Positions 56,623 through 64,000 of a stretch of DNA of 64,000 nucleotides are shown in pieces; the first letter of the stretch is position 1, and each line of letters starts with the position of its first letter. The DNA is from a virus. The notes under the pieces are model-generated. The model searched no databases. It was not told the origin of the DNA and worked only from the letters and a program-made list of their open reading frames with translations. The stretch is from IMG/VR virus record IMGVR_UViG_3300025108_000022, positions 1-64,000 of that record; one strand, written 5' to 3'. The position numbers were made by a program, and so were the translations under genes.

Positions 56623-59600
56623 ATGCCCGAAGAGGACAATTACCCCAACCCAAGTCTTGGACTGGGCGAAGAAGCCATTAACGGAATTGACAAAGAGCCA
56701 GTGAACCATTTCGCAGGGTGTTCGGGTGTCACTTCGTATAATCGTGTGAAAGGGCACTTTTTCCTTGCGAGTTTGCCTCAACCACAGGATGAAACCATAA
56801 CAAGGACTGTTCAAGGACTCGCTGATCGATTTGAAACCACTCACGAAGACCCTTCGGTGGCGTCAATTGTGTCAATGAACGCCAATGTTCAAATCACTGA
56901 AACCGTATATCAAGGTGAAGTATTGAATGTCATTGACAAAAGCAATATGGCTACATTGACTCAATCGTTAAGCCCGAACCATAAGCAATCCGCCATCGTG
57001 GTGCAAGGCGGCTACGGCTACAATAACAACCTTGCACATGCTTCATCAACAGCCGACTCCATTATCGCAATCGGCCTTGACGACATACGCCCCTTTGCGC
57101 TGAAAGGACTTGATGTTGAACACACTGCGTTATTTGACGCAACCAACCCAACCAAACCAACCAACCAAGAATATGTCCGGCATTTGACCCCGGAAAAAGA
57201 ATCAAGGGTCGCTTCAATAGAAATCCCTTTGGCGTTGCGACAACAGGGATTACCACCAAGAGTTTTGGTGCATTATAGTGCTATTGATCTGACCGGAGAA
57301 GTCGTTGCCGCATGGAAAGGAGATACGAGAGCAGGTATTACTATTCTTAATCAAACATACAATTACAAGAACGCTTTAGCAAACCTTGACAATACCCATA
57401 ACGACCTCAAAGGCATTGACGGTATGGATAAAAAAGGGTGGCTTGTCGTTGAAAAAACAGTCCCCGACTCCAACATGGTTTATCCCGATACTTCGCTTCC
57501 TAATGCCGCACCCACATTCCGCACACTCGCCAATTGGCTGAAAGAGCCGTTCACAGCGGCTCAAAAAGCAAGCGGGGCGCAAACGGCATGGGATTCGCTG
57601 ACAGTGACGGCACCGGGCGGTATTGTTTCGGTGCCAGCGGGAGGGGCAAATCGTTCACTGCAAGATCACTCAATGAGAGTGAATCCAACCGGAGGGGAAA
57701 CACATTCACCTTTCATCAATCTTGAAAATTGCGCTCACACTTTGGTTCAAAACGGTGCCTTATCACCATCACCCGGCATTTCAAAAAGTATTGACAATGG
57801 CTACGGCATACCCGTTGCACAGCACGGAACACGGAGTCCTATGTCAAAGAGTGAAGGTGTGTATCACACCTTTTCAGTTTTGGCTGGCGGGGGAGCCGAC
57901 AAAACCAATGCCACTTCAATTCAAGCACTTGGTATCACTTCATCGGCGGCGACATTTGAGCAGTATGAAATCATTGACAATAAAACCGAAAATGACAGGC
58001 AATTGCTTCTTGTCCAGCCGAAAAACAAGAGCAGGACAGGTGTGTTGGGTGATATTGGATTGACGAATGATATTGAAAAACATACTTGTAAAATTGAACT
58101 CGTTTCTATGCGTGGGCGTGTTGAAGAAATCGCCCCTAACAGCGACAGTGAAGGCGGCGGAGGCGTTGTTATTCGTGGTCGCTCACAAATGATGGATGTT
58201 TCAGATCGTGTCGCTGAAAGGGATTTTAGCCTTGCTGAAGGATTTGCTTTGAAGGAGATTGGCGACCTCGGCTCTCCTACGGTCAGCCTCACTATGGGCG
58301 GATTGGGGCAGGGTGGCATTGACATCGCCCCGACCCGAACTGAACACTCTTTCTTGCCAGTATGGAAAGACAAGGTGATTGGCTCAAACAACCCGTCTGT
58401 GCGGAATGATCGACAAACCTCCACCTATTATGCTTCAACCCGTGCGCTGGTTGAATTGCCACTATTCCCATCAATGTTTTATGATGTTGAGCAACGGCTT
58501 GCTGATAGTGAAAGTAAGCGTAGTCCCCTGCCCTCAACCAAGTCCACTGAATTGATAATTGACGCTACAATGACAGCCAAAAATCGTCCCCAAATGAAGG
58601 ACTACGAGAACCGAAACGCCATTGATTGGGGCATGAAGAATGTCGTTTCGTCGTTAAAGGTCAATGATGCTGATTTGGTTTCGGGGAAAACATGGATCCG
58701 AGCCATGCGTGAGAGTTCAGCGACATTCACCCGCCCCGACGACAATGCCGATGACAAAGCGTGCATTTTGGGCGGGAGTGGAGGCAACAGCGCATTCTTA
58801 TATTCGGGTTCATACATTTCAGTGGATAGTGTGTTGCCGTTCATATTGAATGAAGAAGGGGGATTCACTGGGACTTCAATAAACAACGCTTCGTCCACAT
58901 ACAACACTGCAACACAAGGGCAAGCCTTCTCCAATATGGGGTTTGTAGTCACCATTGGTGAGGGTATTATCAGTGAAAGGGGCATACGATTTCATATTCA
59001 CAGGGCGCAATTGATAAACGGTGAACACCGTCTGTATTTTGACGCATTTCACCACTTTGACGATGATGGGCTGACTTATACTGAACTCAAAAACATAATC
59101 ACGACTGGCTTGCCAGTGACTATGGGTTGCTGGCTCACTGACGCCCCCAATGCCTACGCTGGGACGGGCACTGCTGGAAACAACGCCACTTTCGCCGTCC
59201 TCAATGCCACAGCAAGCACCGACAACGCTACAATGGCGCAGAACTTCATTGAGCCGCTGGAAAAGACATTTGCACTTGGGCGAACCACCACAAACGGTGT
59301 GACCGTGCGTAGTGGAATACAAATTGACCCCAGCGATCCAACCGGCGCAACCATTCTTATTCACGACGGCCCGACGATGGAGGGCTTTACCTTTGATCCC
59401 GGAAATTATCTGTATGGTGCTGGGAGTATGCCTCTTGTCCCGCCAGTGGAATGTCGTTCCGGCCATTTGTCATTGAAAGGCAAGCGCAACGACAACACAT
59501 TGGACTGGGTTCGTCCTATGCGCCTTAATTTGGGCGACATAGGGGGTGCTGGTTCAGTCAGCAAGTTTGAAGAGGCTGTTGACGAACTCATCCGAAGAAT

Positions 59601-61710
59601 CAATCAAGCCGGACATCCCAAAGCCAAGAATAGCAACGGAGGGAGTGCCTTTAATCCACCTTCACTGTTCACCACAGACGCCGGAATATACACCGTCACT
59701 TCAACCGATACAGGTTCGCACATGGGCTATGTGAGAGCCTTTTTGGGACAACAGGTTGAGAGCCGAACTGGCGAAAAGGGTCTTTCAGTGGTTATCCACT
59801 GCACTGTTCCCGGTGCCACAGGTCGTGATTTTGCAGTATGGATCAACAACAATACCCCATATCCATATCGGCCTATCCAAGCCGTCGGTCATGGTGGGCT
59901 TGTAGCGTCCAATAGCCTTTCTTACCAAGCAAGTTCCTTTGCCGCACCACTGCCTTTGGGTATGGATGGAGAAACGCATGTCCCAATAACCACATTTCAA
60001 GGAGGTGTTCATGGAGCCGTGACTGACGCTGACGGGAACCTCCGTCAATATAGCGGAATAGGGCGAGAGTTTGCATTCAACACAGTCGCCCTGCCTCAAT
60101 TTGAAGATGGCGACCTTATACCCGATTATGACCCCGAAGCCCAACCGACTCTCATGGTTCAGCGTAAAGCACTGGACATAATATACAGAATCAACCGGAA
60201 AATAAGCCGACAGAACAAGGGATTGATTTTGGTTGACGACAAACACTTAGGTGAGTTTGATGCAGTGGTTTCCGGCCCCGACAACATTTCAAACAGCAAA
60301 GTTTCGGGGGTTGGATCTTGTATGGGGCTGTTCAATTGCCAACCACTGGATAAGACGCTCGGCAAAAAATGGAAAGAATTGTTTTATGACAGCAGTGGCA
60401 AATTGAAAGAGGTGCCAATCAAATTGCTGAACCCGTTGATTGACGCAAACGCCATTCTATTCTTCGGTGGAGGGCACACTGGCGTCACCTTTGATGTCAG
60501 CGACGGCACAGACAACGATTACAGCGACTTTTACACTCACCATTATGCAAAGGGGCCGACTGGGTATAGTGGTTTTCAAAACCTACAAGAAGTGCAAACA
60601 TCGGCGGCTGTGCTTGATTTCACCAAATTGAAGAACGCTGATACGGTGAACGAGAACACATATCGTGGACTCCATCACAGCAAATCCATTGTTGAAACGG
60701 GTGTCGTGCCAGCGGAGGGATTATTGGATAAAGAAACAGATGGTTGCCTTTGGTATGTCCGAATGAACGAACCTGCGTTGTATGCTGATCATGGCGCAAG
60801 CGGCAAGGAATTGGCTCTTGACGCAATACACGGTGTGAAATTAAAGGCGTTTGGCGACTTTGCGAATCAAGCACTTTTGGCGGGGCCAGCAACAGGAGAT
60901 CCCGAATCAAAGGGCATTGACTTTCACGGGCACAGTGATGCAGGACTCATTTCACTTCATAAAATTGAAACATTAACCAACCCCGGTGGCCTCCCCACAG
61001 TCGCCTCGCTTGTGCCGCTGAAAAGCAACATGTTCGGTGCTTTTGGCTCATACGATGCCGCAAACGACGGGGCATATTCATTCTCATTCTTTTTCAATTC
61101 CGGCGACGCTACGGGGGGTGCTTGGAGTGGTGTTCACTATGGCAACGGCCCTGTGGTTCACGGTATTGACAGCACGACACGGGGATTCGGTGTTTCAGTC
61201 AATTCAAAACAGGGGAACTCAAATAGCGTTATGGACTTCTCAATAACGACATTCGTTCATACCGACATTGGGAACGGTAGCGTCACATATCAAATCACCA
61301 GCGATGTTCAAGCAAACCAACCAAAAGATGCTTGGTATCATGTAGTGGTGTCAAGGGCGTCGGGTGCCTCACAGCCACTAATTTACATTAACGGAATTGC
61401 AGTGAATGGGACAGGGGCGTCATTCATTAACCAAGTCGCTCTTTCATCGGCACCACACCTTCCTTTGGGCGTCGGTGTGGGATCTGCTTTGGGTGGTGGA
61501 TATTACGGAAAAGCAAACAATATGTTGACTATTGGTGCCGGTTTGTTGCCGTGGACACCACCTACAAATTATCACCACGGAAAGAACGACCCAGCCTCCG
61601 CAAATGCGCCTGTTTATTTCAACGGTGCCCTAAGTGAAATCGCTATGTGGAATAAGGCACTCACACCCACCGAAGTCGCAACACTCTATAATGCGAGAAC
61701 CGTGTGGTGA
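56623..61710 (+). CDS. Very large tail/adhesin protein with C-terminal LamG domain
   Basis: ~1695 aa. WYHVVV, IYINGIAV and YFNGALSEIAMWNKALTPTEVATLY. Confidence 0.75.
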   Translation: MPEEDNYPNPSLGLGEEAINGIDKEPVNHFAGCSGVTSYNRVKGHFFLASLPQPQDETITRTVQGLADRFETTHEDPSVASIVSMNANVQITETVYQGEVLNVIDKSNMATLTQSLSPNHKQSAIVVQGGYGYNNNLAHASSTADSIIAIGLDDIRPFALKGLDVEHTALFDATNPTKPTNQEYVRHLTPEKESRVASIEIPLALRQQGLPPRVLVHYSAIDLTGEVVAAWKGDTRAGITILNQTYNYKNALANLDNTHNDLKGIDGMDKKGWLVVEKTVPDSNMVYPDTSLPNAAPTFRTLANWLKEPFTAAQKASGAQTAWDSLTVTAPGGIVSVPAGGANRSLQDHSMRVNPTGGETHSPFINLENCAHTLVQNGALSPSPGISKSIDNGYGIPVAQHGTRSPMSKSEGVYHTFSVLAGGGADKTNATSIQALGITSSAATFEQYEIIDNKTENDRQLLLVQPKNKSRTGVLGDIGLTNDIEKHTCKIELVSMRGRVEEIAPNSDSEGGGGVVIRGRSQMMDVSDRVAERDFSLAEGFALKEIGDLGSPTVSLTMGGLGQGGIDIAPTRTEHSFLPVWKDKVIGSNNPSVRNDRQTSTYYASTRALVELPLFPSMFYDVEQRLADSESKRSPLPSTKSTELIIDATMTAKNRPQMKDYENRNAIDWGMKNVVSSLKVNDADLVSGKTWIRAMRESSATFTRPDDNADDKACILGGSGGNSAFLYSGSYISVDSVLPFILNEEGGFTGTSINNASSTYNTATQGQAFSNMGFVVTIGEGIISERGIRFHIHRAQLINGEHRLYFDAFHHFDDDGLTYTELKNIITTGLPVTMGCWLTDAPNAYAGTGTAGNNATFAVLNATASTDNATMAQNFIEPLEKTFALGRTTTNGVTVRSGIQIDPSDPTGATILIHDGPTMEGFTFDPGNYLYGAGSMPLVPPVECRSGHLSLKGKRNDNTLDWVRPMRLNLGDIGGAGSVSKFEEAVDELIRRINQAGHPKAKNSNGGSAFNPPSLFTTDAGIYTVTSTDTGSHMGYVRAFLGQQVESRTGEKGLSVVIHCTVPGATGRDFAVWINNNTPYPYRPIQAVGHGGLVASNSLSYQASSFAAPLPLGMDGETHVPITTFQGGVHGAVTDADGNLRQYSGIGREFAFNTVALPQFEDGDLIPDYDPEAQPTLMVQRKALDIIYRINRKISRQNKGLILVDDKHLGEFDAVVSGPDNISNSKVSGVGSCMGLFNCQPLDKTLGKKWKELFYDSSGKLKEVPIKLLNPLIDANAILFFGGGHTGVTFDVSDGTDNDYSDFYTHHYAKGPTGYSGFQNLQEVQTSAAVLDFTKLKNADTVNENTYRGLHHSKSIVETGVVPAEGLLDKETDGCLWYVRMNEPALYADHGASGKELALDAIHGVKLKAFGDFANQALLAGPATGDPESKGIDFHGHSDAGLISLHKIETLTNPGGLPTVASLVPLKSNMFGAFGSYDAANDGAYSFSFFFNSGDATGGAWSGVHYGNGPVVHGIDSTTRGFGVSVNSKQGNSNSVMDFSITTFVHTDIGNGSVTYQITSDVQANQPKDAWYHVVVSRASGASQPLIYINGIAVNGTGASFINQVALSSAPHLPLGVGVGSALGGGYYGKANNMLTIGAGLLPWTPPTNYHHGKNDPASANAPVYFNGALSEIAMWNKALTPTEVATLYNARTVW

Positions 61711-61714
61711 TAAC

Positions 61715-64000
61715 ATGGCGGAGGTGCTGTCCTATGCGAAGCGGGAATATCCCGCCGCCTTGACTCCTATTGGTTCCGACAATGGAACCCCTGCGAGTGG
61801 GTATTTCAGCCTTCACTTTACCTATCCCGATACGGCCTATGAAGACCCTACATCCATGACTTTCGCAAAGGATGGAGTCAACCAATTGGGAATCAATTAC
61901 ATGATCAGAACCCCGCTGGCTGGTGATGCAACCAACGCCGCATCAATTGACAGTCCGGGTGAGGATGCACGCAACGGAACAAACACTGTTGTCATTGACC
62001 TCAAACGAGCCGCCGAAGCACACGCCGCATCAATCGCCGCAGGGGCAGTTATGCCCGCCAAAACCTTTGATTTGGGCACAGAAGAAGCGGCACGACTCAT
62101 CGCCGCTACAATCAATTCAACACGCAACCGTCAAATCGGCGCACACTCTAATTCTCGTTATTTGCGGGCACGATATGTGAAAATGAGTGGGAGCAAGCAA
62201 TACGGTGGTTGGTATTCAACAACACTTGGCCGTGGTCGGCTTTTGGGCTTTGAGAACGGACAGCGAATTGGGAGTGGAACGACATATTTGAAGCCAAACG
62301 GCAATTTTGCGACGAACCTGCATGAAATAAACACAAATGTTGGGGTCGGTGGCTATCTCTTGCCCAATGAACACCTATACACCACCGACAACCGATATAT
62401 TGGACAGATCCTTGAAATCAGTGGCACTCGCATTCGGTTCTATGAACCAATCAAGGTGAACTTGACGGCTACCGATAGATTGAGAGGCGGCTGGCTACGC
62501 CTGTTGCAGTTTGGAACCACGACTAAGAGAAACACAGTAGCCGAGCAGTTTAACCATAACATCATGCCGACCGACATGCCAAAGCGTGGCACTATTGTCG
62601 GCAATCCAAACACGACACTCCAAGACAGTGCCAGTGCCCCTGTCAGCAATTACACCTTAACCTATGACGGCTGGGAAATTGTCAATGATAACGAAGTTCA
62701 ATTCAACATCACCAAAGTGGAGTCAACGAGTGCGGTAAAGGACATCACCGACTCCATTGTCACAGACCCCACCCAACCTACATGGTTCGTGAACAACGAC
62801 ACAGAAGAACAACACACGGTTGTTGTTTCGTGGGAAATAGATGCCCCGACTGGTGGCGGCTATTGGGGCACGGCCAACGGTGGCCCTGTCGTTCAAGGAC
62901 TCGGTGCCTCCCTCCCTGTTTGGTATTTGACGGCCAAACCAATGGACGGCGGGAACATGGGCTTGCCAGCCGCAAACGCTGATTCACGGGGTGCCAGCCC
63001 TTCAACACATACGACAGGACATGGGTATAGCCGGTTCTCCATTGAAGGACTTAATTCATGCTCACTGCCCGACATGCCGCCACCCGACAAGCCGTTTAAC
63101 GGCCCAGTGGTCGCAGGTTCAACCGAAGCCGATCCGTTTCAGTGGACTGGACTAAACGACGCTTTGAATGCACACCAAGAGGACAACCTGTTAATCACTA
63201 AAAACGAGTTCGGAACTCAAATGGACGACGGAGGGCCGTTTCAAACCAATTGTATGGTTTCAACAAACGCTACACTCACCGGAGGAACCACGGTTAAAGC
63301 CCTCACACCAGCGACTAAGATTTCAGCCCATTTCAACGACGGTGATGTCATTTATGCCCCCGACGGGACTCCTTTAGGAACAATTGCCGAAGGGGGCGTC
63401 GCCGAAACCACCAGCACAGAACTGACTGTCATTGGCCCTAAAAATGTTGACAGTGGGGTGCGTGTTGATCATGGTTTTGGGCACACATTGAACGGCGATC
63501 CACCGCTTGGTGGAAACCGTTGCTACAACGCCTTCTTTTACTATGCGTGGGCACATGCAATCAATTCGTTAAGCACTTTGCGAACAGGGGGAGCCGCACC
63601 GAACTCCTATTATGAACCCGGAGATGAAATCACCGACAAATCCGACAATTTGATTGGCACAGTCCCTATTTGTCGGACTGTCAAGCGTCAAGCACCGGGG
63701 GCGGGCGGAATTGTTGGTTCTCTTGTGCATATTGCCGACGGAAACGATTTGTTTTCGGACGCAAACAGGGACATAAAATCCTTCACCGTTGACACCAACG
63801 ACCCGAACTTGATTTATCATGTTGGTGAAAAATTGTATGCCGAGGATATTTATTACAAAACCACGGTGACGACGCAACCCACACCAGCGGGCGAACTGTT
63901 GCTTGCTATTGCCGGAGGTGATCCGACATCAGCCGGATATGACGGAACACGAATTAAACCACACGATAGGATTTACCTAAAAACCGTCGGGAATAGCATG
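61715..64000 (+). CDS. Large tail-associated protein (truncated by window end)
   Basis: Not in the track because it has no stop. ATG 61715 follows GGTGA (MAEVLSYAKREYPAA...). The frame reads open at both ends checked. Confidence 0.75.
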   Translation, partial: MAEVLSYAKREYPAALTPIGSDNGTPASGYFSLHFTYPDTAYEDPTSMTFAKDGVNQLGINYMIRTPLAGDATNAASIDSPGEDARNGTNTVVIDLKRAAEAHAASIAAGAVMPAKTFDLGTEEAARLIAATINSTRNRQIGAHSNSRYLRARYVKMSGSKQYGGWYSTTLGRGRLLGFENGQRIGSGTTYLKPNGNFATNLHEINTNVGVGGYLLPNEHLYTTDNRYIGQILEISGTRIRFYEPIKVNLTATDRLRGGWLRLLQFGTTTKRNTVAEQFNHNIMPTDMPKRGTIVGNPNTTLQDSASAPVSNYTLTYDGWEIVNDNEVQFNITKVESTSAVKDITDSIVTDPTQPTWFVNNDTEEQHTVVVSWEIDAPTGGGYWGTANGGPVVQGLGASLPVWYLTAKPMDGGNMGLPAANADSRGASPSTHTTGHGYSRFSIEGLNSCSLPDMPPPDKPFNGPVVAGSTEADPFQWTGLNDALNAHQEDNLLITKNEFGTQMDDGGPFQTNCMVSTNATLTGGTTVKALTPATKISAHFNDGDVIYAPDGTPLGTIAEGGVAETTSTELTVIGPKNVDSGVRVDHGFGHTLNGDPPLGGNRCYNAFFYYAWAHAINSLSTLRTGGAAPNSYYEPGDEITDKSDNLIGTVPICRTVKRQAPGAGGIVGSLVHIADGNDLFSDANRDIKSFTVDTNDPNLIYHVGEKLYAEDIYYKTTVTTQPTPAGELLLAIAGGDPTSAGYDGTRIKPHDRIYLKTVGNSM

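Noticed and set aside
53729-64000. Diversity-generating retroelement acting on tail proteins
   Set aside because: No reverse transcriptase and no adenine-variable template/variable repeat pair were seen in the window.

Overview
This window is best read as part of a tailed archaeal virus genome (Caudoviricetes). It most resembles the magroviruses of Marine Group II/Poseidoniales; this is inferred from the group II chaperonin, GGTGA-type Shine-Dalgarno sites, TATA-like boxes and head-tail gene order, not from a database search. Layout from left to right: (1) the 5' end of a minus-strand SF1 helicase; (2) a structured ~1 kb non-coding region; (3) an HMG-CoA lyase-like gene; (4) a ~14 kb array of translationally coupled, mostly unrelated enzyme-like ORFs (GNAT, ART-like, ParB/Srx, HExxH, Cys-His-Asp, Dam-like, Gp88-like) that share a 12-residue M-x-A-F-D-x-A-[FW]-x-L-L-K tag, interrupted by an inverted thermosome gene; (5) an operon with an RHH protein, membrane proteins and an Arf-like small GTPase; (6) low-complexity putative internal head proteins; (7) terminase, portal, a large protein with a ligase-like domain, prohead protease and major capsid protein; (8) neck and tail genes, including a -1 frameshifted tail chaperone, tape measure and large LamG tail proteins running off the right end. 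Three findings stand out: a candidate capsid-targeting and protease-cleaved polymorphic cargo system; a viral Arf-like GTPase membrane module; and a window-wide restriction-site avoidance pattern that appears relaxed only where a site overlaps GATC. All family calls come from motif recognition by eye.
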